DNA of 64,000 bases from Paraspadella gotoi (Eukaryota; Animalia; Chaetognatha), in contig CM119269.1 in NCBI GenBank assembly GCA_051294375.1, forward strand, positions 19,332,460 to 19,396,459, read 5' to 3'. The translations under genes were made by a program, and so were the position numbers. The notes beneath the pieces were generated by a model. It was given only the letters and a program-made list of their open reading frames with translations. It did not search any database and was not told the DNA's origin. Shown here in pieces: positions 1-51,993 of this stretch. Position 1 is the first letter of the stretch; the number at the start of each line of letters is the position of its first letter.

Positions 1-33
1 TAGTTTTTTATGCAAAATGTTTTTTTATGACAG

Positions 34-38304
<38,271 letters not shown>

Positions 38305-38501
38305 CGCTGTGACACTAAAAGAAAGAGACGCAACCACGTGGCACTGCCACCATCTAGAGTTATAGACTAGTCTTAAGACACTCAGATTACTCAGATTTTC
38401 TTGTATCTTGATATGTATCACTTATTGTATCAATTATTTTATTGTATCGGACTGTGGACTGTGGAATTAATTAGATATACATAGGTTTTTGCAGCTTTTT
38501 T

Positions 38502-38507
38502 AATAAA
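38502..38507 (+). promoter_or_regulatory. Probable polyadenylation signal of the giant gene
   Basis: AATAAA about 200 nt after the stop at 38304, followed by T-rich sequence. Confidence 0.5.
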
Positions 38508-38640
38508 TATATTTTCGATCAAAATTTTTTTTCTTTGTTACCAATTAGTTGTTCTCAATGATTTTAAATTACTTTTAAAGGGAAATTAAAATTAACAAGT
38601 TTGATCAAACAATAGAGTCGGAATCTGCTGTCTTGTGACC

Positions 38641-39338
38641 ATGTGTTGTTGGAATAATTGATTTCTTATGATACAACTCAAATAGTCTTTCATGTTTTTT
38701 TATATCAAATATATTTTGATCTTATCACAATACCCTTGTGTGGATGTTGAAGAAAGAGATTCTCATTCTTTAATTTTATTCAAACTTGTTTAATTCTTTT
38801 GAAGAAGGAAAGAAATTAATAAGAAAATAATTTGTAAAAAATTTGGCCAATGTCAAGGAAAGTAAGTTAAAAAAAGTCAAGAAAACGTGATCGAAACATC
38901 AGTCATTTTGAGAGAGAGATAGAGAGGAGAGTGAGAGAGATTTCGCTCAAATTCATTTCCACTTCTCATTTCTTGTTTCGTTTCGCATGAAAAACTTTGA
39001 CAACTTTTTGTTCGCCGGTGGAAGACTAAAAACGGTGTTTACATATCTTATGTTTATGTGTTGTTGGAATAATTGATTTCTTATGATACAACTCAAATAG
39101 TATTTCATGTTTTTTATATCAAATATATTTTGATCTTATCACAATACCCTTGTGTGGAAGTTGAAGAAATAGATTCTCATTCTTTAATTTTATTCAAACT
39201 CGTTTAATTCTTTTGAAGAAGGAAAGAAATTAATAAGAAAATAATTTGTAAAAAATCAGGCCAATGTCAAGGAAAGTAAGTTTTAAAAAAAGTCAAGAAA
39301 ACGTGATCGAAACATCAGTCATTTTGAGAAAGAGAAAG

Positions 39339-39383
<45 letters not shown>

Positions 39384-39468
39384 TTTCGCACAAATTCATT
39401 TCCAATTCTCATTTCTTGTTTCGTTTCGCGTGAAAAACTTCGACGACTTTTGTTCGCCGGTGGAAGAC
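38641..39468. repeat. Direct tandem duplication of a unit of about 415 bp
   Basis: atgtgttgttggaataattgatttc...gttcgccggtggaagac occurs at 38641-39027 and 39056-39468, with substitutions and different AG-tract lengths. Confidence 0.9.
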
Positions 39469-40410
39469 AAACTCGATTTCGATTTTTTCTAAGAGATGAG
39501 TTCTAATTTGTAATGGCGATGGGAGAAAACCAGAACATAAAAATATGATGATTATTGAAGGTTGAATAATGAAAATGTTAGTCTAATGTCAAAACAAGGT
39601 GAATATAAAGAGAACGTGTTAAGCTGGAAGGAATTATCCCTTTGTGGATAACATCTTAATAAAAAGCTGTAGGTCACAGATACTTTATAAACGTGGCGGT
39701 GGCAAAAATATCGCCACTCCTCAAATTTCAAACCTGCGCTAGAAGTTCGAAGACGAAACTAGTCTAGTTAAACAGCGCTAAAAGCCGAAAAAAGGATATT
39801 GCCCTCGTGAATCGTGTATAAGTCGGAATAAATTATAACAGCCTTTATCAAAGTGTTGTTTAAAAAAAAATGTAAGACTTTCACATCGGTTAAAACTGTT
39901 TGTAACTCTGCAGCGCCTTATTGGCTCAGTGGCCTAATGCAGCATTCTAATGTGTGTCCCTGGTGCCTCGTCCTGAGGCGAGCCCTGAGGTTGTCATGTA
40001 GAAAGCGGGATGGTCCGGGTAACCCGCCAGTAGTCATAAGCCTGTTGCCAGATCCAAACCTCTGGACTATATGAACATGCTATTGAACATGCTGTCTCGC
40101 TGGCGCCACGAGGTGACACCGCTGCATGTGGGGCGTCCCCTAAAACTGGCCTCCTCAACTTCGTCAATAATTTGACAGGAAGGCGAATAACCGGTTCCTT
40201 TTTAGAAACGTCGATGCCGGCGACTGACACGAGTATAAATATCTAATGCCAAGGCCGTTCTTTCTAAAAATCGTTTAATCGGTGAAAAGGAAAGTTCTTT
40301 TTTTTCAATGCACGTTTTTAATTTAATTTTATTTAGCGGTTATTGGTTATTGGTTACTACCCGACCTCAGTTATTGACTTTCGCACAAACAGTACAGTGT
40401 TATCTCAAAA

Positions 40411-41140
40411 AAACAAGTTTGAGCAAACAATGTCGGATCTACCCAGCGGTAATTAATTAATTGCCTAATTAATTTATTAATTAATTTGATCCAAAAAGTT
40501 TTTTTTAGATCTTTTCGTCACTGATCAGTGATCACGACAAAAGCCAAGATGACGATGATGACGACGACGACAATAATGCCAATAACGATTGAATTACTTG
40601 ATTGATTGATTGATTAAATAATTAATTAACTGATAAATAAATTGATTGATTGGATAATTAATTAATAGATAAATTAATTTATTGATTAATATATTGATTG
40701 ATTAATTGACTTATTAATTATTGATTAATTAAATGATTAATTAATACTTCTTGCATTTACATTTAATATAAAAAGAAAAAGAAGCATAATCAATTAGTGA
40801 AACAGGGTTTTTGTTTTTTTCCATTTAAACTCTTTTCCACTCAAACAATTCCATCGAAACTAAATTTCCAGCCTAATCACATACTTTTCCACCCAGATAA
40901 AAAAATTCAAGTCTATTGCCCCATCCACTCTCGGTTAATTGGCGTTCAAATAGTGAAATATATTGTTTTGTTTTTTCCATTTAAACTCATTTACACTCGG
41001 ACGATTACATCGAAACTTCATATCCAACTCAATCATACATTTTCCTACCCACACACAAAATTTCATTCCAATCCATCTATCCAATCACGAGTAATTGGAG
41101 TATAATGCTAAGGGGGAACGGACAGACTGACGGACACCAT
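40411..41140. repeat. Interspersed repeat with an internal tandem unit of about 155 bp (HINE-like); related fragment at about 24030-24350
   Basis: aagtttgagcaaacaatg(t/c)cggatct at about 40416 and 24240. Two units starting ttttttccatttaaactc at about 40815 and 40970. ggacagactgacggac microsatellite at about 41120. Confidence 0.55.
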
Positions 41141-41261
41141 TTTTTTGCATAATTTATCATTTGTGATAATCCTTTCGTTTGTTGTTTGAAATAGATTAGA
41201 AAAAAACGAAATTTTTTTCAGAACAGGCCAGAACAGACAACTGCCCGCCTCACCGTCAGGT

Positions 41262-41286
41262 NNNNNNNNNNNNNNNNNNNNNNNNN
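41262..41286. other. Assembly gap (25 N)
   Basis: Run of n in the sequence. Confidence 1.
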
Positions 41287-42252
41287 GATCACAGCGACAC
41301 TGTAGTTTCGATTATGTATTAAAGTATATACTTAAGTACAAGTTTCCGAGGCAGTGCGTGGCGGCTTCTGATTGGTTCCCGCCCTTTCGATAGATCTCAG
41401 TCCTGATTTCTATCGACGTGTGGCCTTTCAGACTTCACTTAGTCTCACACTGCGTTTTGCTACTTTAATAAGTTTTTTACAATTCGCATATAGATATCTC
41501 AGAAACACGTTTTTAATAATTAAGTTTTGTGATCGCTGGATTGGTGGACTTTCTTGTGATAGGCAACATTTTACAATTCTGGCTTCAGAAACAAGATTTC
41601 TATGGTAAACGAACTGAAGTCGTAGAGGTGGCTATCGTTTGATTGCTAACTTCCTGAACTATTCTGGCGCTATCAAAAGTAGAGGAATTCGAGGAATGAT
41701 GGCGCAGAAGAGACGATGGCACCGGGTCCACTAGTCAAATGGCTGACCGACACAAAGTTCTCGGCAAAGTGATCGTCGACGCAAGGCGGACGATCAAGTC
41801 GATGCGAAATCCAGGGATCTTCTCTGAAGCTAAAGAGCCTTGAAGCTAAAGTTAGAAATCCTGGACAAAGGGAAACAAAACATTTAATACACACTCAGTT
41901 AAATATATATATAAATTTTAAAGAGATTCTCTTACTTGTTTTCTGAAGCCAGAATTGTAAATATGTTGCCTCTATCACAAAGAAAAGTCCACCAATCCAG
42001 CGATCACAAAAACTTATTATTAAAAAACGTGTTTCCGAGAATATCTATATGCGAATTGTAGAAAACTTATTAAAAAGTAGCAAAACGCAGTGTGAGACTA
42101 AGTGAAGTCTGAAAGGCCACACGTCGATAGAAATCAGGACTGAGATCTATCGAAGGGCGGGAACCAATCAGAAGCCGCCACGCACTGCCTCGGAAACTTG
42201 TACTTAAGTATATACTTTAATACATAATCGAAACTACAGGTGTCGCTGTGAT
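41287..42252. repeat. Second, small inverted repeat at the contig edge
   Basis: 41287-41594 is the reverse complement of about 41933-42252 and a direct copy of about 59946-60260. Confidence 0.9.
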
Positions 42253-45200
42253 CGCCAGAGAAACGGAATATCCTTGCGTTAGTAAGGAACAAAAGAACAG
42301 TTGGGAAAAGGTAGAGAAGCTGGAATTTCCTCGTAATATATTGATCATTATTACGTAACACTTAGTTTATTATTTATGAATTTTATTTTCCACCACTTGA
42401 AGCTGGCTGTTTTAGAAAAGAAACGTTTTTAAGCTGATAAATATTTAGTAGAGTGGAGCACTGGGGAACAAATTTTATTTGAAGTGAACAAACAAGGATA
42501 TGTGGTGATTTATCTTGTTAGCCCAAATATAGTTTATTTCACCACGTTTCGTCAGCGCCGGCTTCTGGCGGCGCTGCAAGCTTGTTTGTGTTCGTATGCT
42601 TGGTTAAAGCTGTAAAAGAGTTCCTAAACAACCTGCTTGGTTCGTCATTTATATCAGTAGCTTTATAAAATAATCCAAGCATATAGATTTTAGTACAGAC
42701 AATAACAATCAATGGAAATGAATATAAATTAATAAAGCCTTTTAAAATTATAAATTTCTATCTCACCAGACGGGCTTAAGCCCATCTTGGCTAGATTTTG
42801 TTTCGGCTCAGCTTCTTCGTGATGTCGTCGTCATTATCGTCATCTGCATTGGTGTCATGCTTTTTTATTATTTAGTTTTGTCTGGGGCTTACAATTTTTT
42901 TTTTAAATAAAAAACTACTACAAATTACAATAGATTTTTTATAAAATATATGATCATAGTAAAAGTTTAGATATAGCTTCTCATATTTAAGATTTTTGCA
43001 ATTATTAATGTTTCATATGGATTTAAGTATTTTTTGTTTGAATTTTTTTTATTATTTGATTTATTATATTATGCAAATTACTTTCTATAAATATAAAAAT
43101 TAGTAAATAGAATATTATAATCTAATTTATATATTACAATAAAACATATTAAAATTTTTTTTTTATAAAAATACTTGAATCATATAAAACATGTGATTTT
43201 ACAAAACCTTTTGATAAGAAGCTATATCTAAATTTTAATATAAATAAAAATATATACTTTTAAAACTTTTACAATTGTAAGCATTTATAACATTTTTTAT
43301 CTTTCTTTAAATTATATTATATAATTTTCTTTTTTTTTATTAGGCCTGCCTCTTCTGATTCATCTAAAAAAAAGAGTTCAGCTCTACAGCAGTTGGACTA
43401 AAGTTATCATCCGTTAATAATTTGGTTATCATTGCATCAATTTTTGGTTATCATCACATCAGTGAATGATTATTATCACATCAGTGAATAATTAACTATC
43501 GCGTCAATGAATAATTATCATCACGTCAATGAATGCTTATCAATATATCAATAAATGACTATCTTTATATCAGTAAATGACTATCATCATACCAGTTTAA
43601 TAACTATAATCGCATCATAGTCCAGGTTGAACCACTCCTATTCTTGCTCACCACTTCTTTTAAGTAGCCATTATAATAATAATAAATATTTCTATCTTTT
43701 TTTGCAGGTTTATGGTTTAACTACTAACAATGAATCTCGTTATCAAGTTCCATTAGTGAGGCAGTGAGGCAGTTAAAATACTGTTATCCATTTAAGTATT
43801 TTTTATTTGAATTTCCACTTTATTAATGTTTACTGTATATGCAAATTAGATAATACTTTTTAATTAATTTTTTTTGAATAGTAACGTCTGGCGAGATCAC
43901 TATAACTTTAAAGATTTTGATTTCATTTATAAACAAAAACAAAATAAATAGGTAATAAGTTATATTATATTTATTTTGATTTATAAATATTAAAATGCTG
44001 GCCAAATATATGTTTTTTGTTAAAATTCTCAATCCTTTCCAAAAGTTTCAAAAATCCATAAGGAGCAACTGAGATAATTTTTTGTGGTGATTTCGTTTTC
44101 TCCACTAAATTTGGCATAAGAAACTTTGAAAGAACCTAGAAGAACTTTTAAAAATGTTTGATATTTTCTGAATTATGAAAGACTAGCTTGCAGCCCTGAT
44201 TGGTGGGCGCCGTTGGAGACCCCGATGCAACCCAGCTTCACCTGACGCTTCATTAGTGCTTCCCGGCGACAACTTCCTCATAAAAGGGATCTTGGACGCT
44301 CTCGCAGGCGCTGCAGTAAAGACGGTAAGGTCGCGGCAGAACTGTGGGAATCTCTTCGTTTCTTTTTTCTTAAGTTACACATTTTAGTACCCCTTTAAGT
44401 ACCCCTTAATGAAACTTGATCTTATTTCTTTGTTTATAATAACATTCAACGACGGTGTATAGATTTTTTTTCTTAGATATTTTTTTACATTCCGACTAGG
44501 TTAACTTCATAAAATTTTGCATCTTTTTTGAATCAATATCAATGAATTTAAATTTTTTACTTTTTAAAAATAATTTTTTTTATAATTCGGATTATTGTGT
44601 ATAAACTATCAATTTCGTTGCGTTTTGAAATTTAGGAGAAAAAAACAATTTATTTGTTTTTATCAACGTATTGTTTTATTGTTAATACATGTTTCGACTC
44701 TTGAGTTTTAGTCTTCATTGAAGACTCTAAAAGTCTTGAAGTCTTGAAGACTCTAAAACTCAAGAGTCGAAACATGTATTAACAATAAAACAATTCGTTG
44801 ATAAAAACAAATAATTGTTTTTTTTTCTCCTAAATTCGGATTATATAATAAATTTCTGTCAAAGTTTTTTTTTACGTTTATATTTAGACCGACAGCTCTG
44901 CCGCACCCTATTTTTTTTTCCCATTAAGAATCGTAGTGGCAACCGCGGACATTTTGTAGGACTTGAGGATATCCATCTCACTGTCACAATAGTGAAAGTA
45001 AAATAATTGGTTAAATAAAAAAAGTATGAATGTATTAGTAATTAAAACTCAATTATGGCAAGTTAAAAACGTTATTTTTAATAAATTTAATGTAGTGATG
45101 TAATATCACTACACGTTAGATACGACTATTCCTTCCATCAGCGACGTAATAGCGCACTAGAGAGGCATGGCGACAAGAGGGGGGGCATGAAGGTCAAGTA

Positions 45201-45576
45201 AAAAAAATGAAGATTGCCTAGGGCTCAAATATGAGAAAATAGTTATTGTATAATTTTTTCTCTTTTTGTTGTTCAATAAGATAAGCAGATTCAAAAACGA
45301 AAGTTTTAGTATTTTTACAACGATTTTTTATTACAGATTATTGGACATGTTTCGACTCTTGTTTTTTCGAGTTTTCATCAGCATTTGACAGTTGTAATTT
45401 CACAATCATAAAGTTGAGGAAAGAGAGAGTGAGAGAGAGACAGAGAGAGACAGAGAGAGTGAGAGAGGAGAGTTTCCAACAAAGAATTGAGAAAGGACAG
45501 TGGCCAGATTTCAGGACAGGTGAAGGTAAGGACAGGAAAAATGGGAAATAAGTTGATTTTTTGAAATGGTGAAAAT

Positions 45577-45618
<42 letters not shown>

Positions 45619-48600
45619 TTACACTTTGAAATGTACAACAAAGATAAATGAATCAGTAAACTAAATGAATAATAGTAACAACGAAATAATAAAATATTAA
45701 TTTAACTAATGAAGTATAAGTGAAGGTGAAAATTGAAGAATAAGTGGTGAGGGATAAGTAGAGATTTAGAGAAAATTTAAGTTAAGAAAGAAACTCAAAT
45801 TGAGCAGGCCCCCCCGGCCGGGCAAATAGGGGACGTTGACGATGTGATTGGGTCACTGGCTGAGAAGATATTTTTGTAGAGTTGGACACCCTGAGATCGG
45901 GTAGTGATCCACTTGGGAAGATGCCGTGTGCCACTCGAATATCTCTTTGGCCTGATAGGCCTGCCGACTGCCCTCCTCTCACCTGCCGGTGAGGTGGGCG
46001 ATTGCCTGTTCTTGCCTGCTTGGGTGCAGGTGATACAGACTCCTCTACTTCCTCCTGCAGCCGCCGTTTTGGTCGACGCTCAGTGCGAGAAGGGTCGCAC
46101 CAAGTTACTGTAGGCTCAGGAGAGGCATCGGACGTCCATTGCCTGCTGAGAGGCCTCCGCCTGACCCGTTGAGTGGGACAGGGGAATCACCGTGCGGTTG
46201 GGTGGTGTAGGGTGCTCCACGCCAAGTTGATGAATCGAAGCTTAGTTACATGTTACATTTTAGGACTTTTTAACAGCTATTTATAATTAAATTTTTAATG
46301 TTATTTAGTTTTTTATTTTCAGAAGAGTTGTTATAATAGCAATTAAACATACATCAACAATTTTTTAATTAATCGATATTAAAAGTTTATTACATATAAG
46401 TAAAAAAATAAGGTTTTTAAGATTTTCTGATCTGCCCAATATATCTTGGTATATAAAAAACATATAATATTTGTATAGAATCTAAGTATAAACTGGATTA
46501 TAATAACATAAATTATAAAAATAAATGGATATTAAGATTATTTTAAATAAAAACCTATGAACTCGTCGAAGTTTCCCAGTTTCTCTCTATCTTTCTTTTT
46601 CTCTTCTCCTTTTTCCTTTGTCTCTTTTTGTTTTTACTTCTTCATTTTAATTTTTATATTTGACTTGACCTTAATACCCCCCTCTAATGGCGACCCTCTC
46701 TCCTCTCGGTCTATTTTGATAAGTCGCCAGGGTTCTCAGTATAACCTTTCTACAACGGGTCAATTTAATTCGTTATTAGTTATTAATCAGTTATTAAGAG
46801 TTGAGTAAGCTAAGTTATTGAGAGAGTTACTCGTTTCTTGCTCATCAATAATTAATTTACGATTAATTTCATTCAAAATTTCTATTTTAGACCCCCATTA
46901 CCTGCAACTTGTTTTTGAAAGAGGAATTTCTAGAGTGGATTTCTGGGAGATGAGTATATTTACGCAGGTGTCCAAGTTTCCGTCTGTCAGACGCGAAAAT
47001 TTCTTGTGGAAATTTTGTATTAGATCTCCCATTTATAAAGTTAGATCTGATTTTTGCTGATAAGGCGAGGTTTTTTAGAGCTGAATGGACGAAAAAAAAG
47101 GGGCAAAAAGGTTGAATGAAGATTCTTAACAGCGCTTTACATTAAAGCGAAGAGTAGTAAATATTGACAAGATGATTTACCTTCACATTTTTTTCCGTCA
47201 AAGGCGGTAAAAGGTTTACAAATGCATTTTTTGCCATCCTTCTTCATAGAAGCGTCGCATTCTTTCAAGCAAAGCATTCCATCCTTTGAATATATTTTTT
47301 GATTTTTGCACTTTATGCAACGACCGCGATCGTTAGCTTTCTTACAACCGATGCATTCTTCGTGACATTTTAACTCGCATCGCCCGTTGATCAAAATCAA
47401 ACCTTCGCCGCACTCGATTTTCGGTTTTTCGTTCACACCACACGAAACGTCGCTCACGCTGATCTTCTTTTCCCCGGCTCCGAAAGTGAAGTAGATCGAA
47501 TCGAATTTCATGGGCTTGGGAAATATGAAAGAAGACAGCACGATGCCCACCTCCTTATCTCCGGGGCTTTCCCGTAATCAATTCTCAATCTTCCATTCGG
47601 TTTTGAGAAGCAGACGAAAAATACCGTGAAGAGAGTTTCTTCGCCGAGAGTCGCGCTCAGTGGAGACTCGGACACCTGCATCGTTCTCATGGCGCTGAAG
47701 AACGACACTCCCGAGGGCGAAATGCGAATGTAATTCCAGGTCCTGTAATCCTGCGGAACACCCGCGATACTAGGTAAATATTACCCATAGACGCGCCCTG
47801 AAAGTATATACAGGATTCCTTTCGTCCGATCTGTATTTTATGGCTGTTCGTCCATTTGAGTTTGCAGGGAACGAAACCGATCGATCCGATGTTCGCTTCC
47901 AATTCCTTTATCTGATTCACAGACACGATGGATGCCACTGGACCTTTCAACCACCAAGCCACTCTCTTGAATTTCTTCTCGTTTATCGTCAAATAACCGG
48001 TTGTCTCGTCGTAGATCAAAGGCAAATTTGCGACGCAAATTTCATTCTCTTCCCCGCTGTTGGCGCAACTGAACTCTTTGAGGTACTTGGTTCTCGGATA
48101 TTTGGTGAACCATCTATGGTTGAAGAACTTTACGTAGTACTCGGCATCTTTTGGAACCCCTTTCAAATCATACCTCATGTTGAACACGACTTTGAATTCA
48201 GTGTGTTTGATTGATATTAATTTTGGCAGGTTTTAGTTTGAGATACACCGTCTTGAACATAATCAATAATGTCAGATTCACAACCACTTCTACCTCCATT
48301 CATGTCGAAATTGCTGGTTGAAAACGGTCCTTCGGCCATGTAAAAGGTCTCGGCTCTCTCTAAGGCTAGTTTAGCCTGTAATAATCTGTCCATGAACTTC
48401 TGCTTGGAACTACCATATTTGCAGTAATTTCTTCTTTTAATAGGAATTTTGTTCTTATCTTTGTCGACAACTGTTATTACACTTTCGAAATATGTTAAAC
48501 CCTTTACGGGATCGTTTTTCAATGAACCAGCAGGTTGGAAACATCCAGATTTGGATTTATCGTCACCGAATAAATCTCTATATTCATATCGAGAATGCTG

Positions 48601-50184
48601 CTCAATTTTCCGAGAGTAAATTCGAACGGTCTAACGTAGTCGTCGATGCTATCAAGCCACTGAGTGAACAACTCTCTAAACTGGCGGAGTATAAAACTCG
48701 GTGATGGCGGCGGCAATTTCTGGATTACCGCCTCTCACGTTTATAGTGGTCTTGATGAATTCGGATTGAGACCCACTTTGCGTATCCCATCTTCTGATTT
48801 ATTTTGGCCCGCGCCGTTTCTTCCCTTGCGGCCGAAGCCTGTTGGTTTCTACTGACGTGTTACCTCCGAGGCCGAGGAAGCCCCACCTCGTCTCTCTCTG
48901 TTGAAACCTGCTTCTCAGGACGCCCATCATTCCGCGAATTCTGACTGAGCGGCGGCGGCGAACTCGTCCGATGAAAGGGTCGATTCTTTCCTCGAAGTCT
49001 TCATGATTCTCATTTCGCCGCCAAATTTGGCCGCCTTGACGAAATGAGTTCCCCACCTCAAGATGAAGTTTTGAAACTTGACGTCGGCGTTGTTGTTAAA
49101 ATACGAAGTCGGGAGTTGTAGGATTTCTGACAACAAGTTTATGTTCAGATCATTGGGCTTGAGTTCGTCGAGCACCAGCTCGTAGAGTTTCAAATCTGCC
49201 TCCAGAATGGCGATCATTTGACGGGCCGAACCAGCTCCGCTCGAACTAGATTGAGAGGTTTTTATATTGGATTCCCGCGATCCTTTGCTCTTGGCGCTGG
49301 CCGATCCGGCTCCGGAGCCGGTACCAAACCCGATGGAGCTTCCGATTTGTTCTCCCACTTGCGCTCCCGCCGGCCCGCCCTTCGCTTGACCGATCAAGCT
49401 TCCGATTAAGCCCAAATTCACGCCAAAATTTTGTCCATTGCTCACCGCCTTTGCTTCCATCTGAAACATCGCTTGTTGTTCAGAGGTTGCAGCCTTTTCT
49501 TGCAAGTATCTTATATAATTTGCCGAATTTTTAAAGGTTTCCGTATGTACCGAGTAATCGTAAATACCAAAGGCGTTCATGCAATCTGGGACATCCTTGT
49601 CCATGAACTTAGCTTTGCCTGCGCAGGTCCTCTGTATCACGCTTTTTTTTCGACTCTCCGCCGAGTAAAAGCCCCGACCGTCGAACCCAACCCCGAGGAA
49701 ATTGGGCGGCGTCGATCTGATCGTGACACAGAGGGGAGATTCTGGCAAAGTCGTAGCACGGATCTCCCTTTTTGTAGTTGTTGCCAAAACAGCCGTTCAT
49801 CAACGCCATGCCGACGCCCATTGGGTAGAGAGAGGCGCTCTGCTTTTCCCCTCCGACACTTTGGCCGGGGTCCCTCCCTGCTTCTGCACCTCGACTTTCC
49901 AGCCGGAGGGTTCGAATTCTTTGATGCCCTCGAAACCCTGAAGCTTTTGAAAGTGACCTTTCTAGCTCCCGTGGCCTTGAGAGCTGCCAAGGCTTCTCTC
50001 GCCTCGTCCTTTCCAATCAGATCTCCAGGTGTTTTCATTATTTTGTCTCGACGTTAAAATTCGGTTTGGCTATTTCTTGGCCACCTGCTTGGCCATCACC
50101 CTGACCTTCGACGAGGGCTTTACCAAACTTGCCAATTTTTTTGGCCAATTTTATTAAAAGCTTTTGTTGCTTTGCCGGCGGCCC
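41595..50184 (-). CDS. MACPF protein, left (inverted) copy, frameshifted and 3'-truncated near the gap
   Basis: Same peptide as the right copy, split over many ORFs in 47137-50229 by 1-nt indels. Stops at the small fold-back at about 41595, before the last two exons. Confidence 0.75.
43430..43615. repeat. Degenerate minisatellite with a unit of about 21-22 bp (mirror about 58590-58790)
   Basis: Units resembling tatcatcacatcagtgaatgat, roughly 8 copies. Confidence 0.65.
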
Positions 50185-50293
50185 CTTTGAAAAACCGATA
50201 TTTTTTTTCCAAAAAAGAAAGAAAAACAAAATTCAGTTTCTTCAAAATGAAAACGCAACTTTTTTTAGTTATGCATCAGGCGTATCAAGTTAA

Positions 50294-51236
50294 GGTCCGG
50301 GATCACTCAATTCAAATTATAATTAGGCTAAAACCGAGCTCGGATTTCGAAAGGAGAGCTCCTGACGATTCCGAAAATGTATTCACTTTACTATTTTTTT
50401 CAAAAGCGTCATCGTTTTTTCGATTTTTTTTGTACTATATAAAATAAAAGAAACCTATTTGAAGAGTTGCAGCCCAAACGTTAAGGCGGTTTCTCATTAA
50501 ATTTGGCATGAATTACCTTTAAGTCACAAACTCCAATTCTATGAAAAGATACTTTCAAAATTTGCCTTCCTTCATAGAAAATTTGATTATTTTAATCAAT
50601 TTTTAGGATTAATTCCTTGATATCTTTGAAACGAAAAACATTTTTTCAAAAACGCGCTCATAGAATCTCCCCCACCTTTCCTTTCTTGCCCAAGATATTT
50701 TTTTCTTCAAGAAGAGTCCAACGGTTTGAGCTGCAACTCTTCGTTTTTAACTTCACTTCGTCAAGAAAGTTAAATTCTGTACTCATTAAACTCATTAAAC
50801 ATTTACATAAAGTAAAAAGTCAAATTGAAATAAATTCGATAAGTTTTTTAACTCATAAAACTCATAAAAGTATAAAAACCCGTCTGGAAAATGTGTAGTA
50901 GTTTATTCTAGACTTATTAGTGATACAACTCCAAGTATGTACTTTTACCAAAGGAAGAATTAAATATAAGAAGTAGAAATTGAGCTTACTGTAAAGAATC
51001 AGTTTTAAGTTAAAAATGTATTTGTAGAAATTTAACTTGCATATAAAAAATTATTTTTCTCTTGAAAATATAATTTTAACAAAGAAAAAATTATGTTTAA
51101 ATTTTTATGAACATTTTAGTTGATTTTTAAAAGTTTTCAATTATTTTTCAATAGAAAACCTCTTACAAAAATGAGAAAATGATTAAGATACAGTAAATTA
51201 AGATTTCTACAATTTTAGATTGAGTGATCCCTGGCC
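50294..51236. mobile_element. Non-autonomous TIR element with TTAA target duplication and GG..CC ends (Kolobok-like MITE)
   Basis: ttaa-ggtccgggatcactcaat ... attgagtgatccctggcc-ttaa. Internal inverted motif gaagagttgcagc (about 50461) / gctgcaactcttc (about 50730). Sits in intron 1 of the minus-strand MACPF copy. Confidence 0.7.
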
Positions 51237-51302
51237 TTAAAACATGTAAACTGTCGGCAGAGAAAATATAAAGTCTAAGTTTCATTCTAATTTAAAGCTT
51301 AC

Positions 51303-51378
51303 CCGCTCCTTTGACGGACTCGGCGAACCGCACGACGCCAACCAAAACGAAGGCGATTAGGTAAATTTTTACTCGCAT
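51303..51378 (-). CDS. Signal-peptide exon (exon 1) of the MACPF gene
   Basis: ATG..MRVKIYLIAFVLVGVVRFAESVKGA G|gtaagc, 76 nt, phase 1. It matches the phase-1 acceptor ttttcaaag|gg at 50184 (mirror 51994), giving VKGAGAAGKATKAFNKIGKKIGKFGKALVEG. Confidence 0.8.
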
Positions 51379-51548
51379 GTTTCTAATGCAATGTTTAGAA
51401 AAGAAAAAATAGTTGAATATTTAAAACTAGAATATTCAATAGTTTAAAAAATTAATATAATATAATATATATATATAATTAATTCGTCGACCATCACACG
51501 CAACGATCAAAAGGACGTTTTCTATTGCGAACAACAAAAATACGTTAG

Positions 51549-51615
51549 TTTTTAGTCGGATCTGCATATCGCAGATTCCGACTCTATAATTCACTTTGTC
51601 GGTCCGTCTGTCCAG
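51549..51615. mobile_element. HINE-like 5' fragment
   Basis: tttttagtcggatctgc..gcagattccgactctata..gtcggtccgtctgtcc, same layout as the element at 20027. Confidence 0.45.
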
Positions 51616-51993
51616 TGTTGGTTTAATAATAAGAATGAAATATGAAATATGAAATGGAAGAATAAGTTGTGAGGGATAGCTAAGGTAAGTTTTAAGAGAA
51701 AAATAAGATGAGAAAGAGCTCAAAATGAGCTGGCCCCCCCCCCCCCGATGTGCTCGGTTCATTGGCCTGTAATAGGCTGAGAGGATATTGTGGTGGAGTG
51801 GGATTGGTTCGGGTCTGGCAAAGATCCGGCTGGAAAAATGCCAAGTGCCACTCGTATATCTCTCTGGCCTGATAGGCCTGCCGAGAGCCCTCTTCTCCCT
51901 GATGCATAACTAAAAAAAGTTGCGTTTTCATTTTGAAGAAACTGAATTTTGTTTTTCTTTCTTTTTTGGAAAAAAAATATCGGTTTTTCAAAG

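Noticed and set aside
43430-43615. Possible CRISPR-like array
   Set aside because: Degenerate head-to-tail minisatellite with no unique spacers and no cas genes, in a eukaryotic context.
47137-50229. Left MACPF copy as an old pseudogene
   Set aside because: Defects are almost all 1-nt indels with few substitutions, and the right copy has complementary indels. This looks like consensus error rather than decay.
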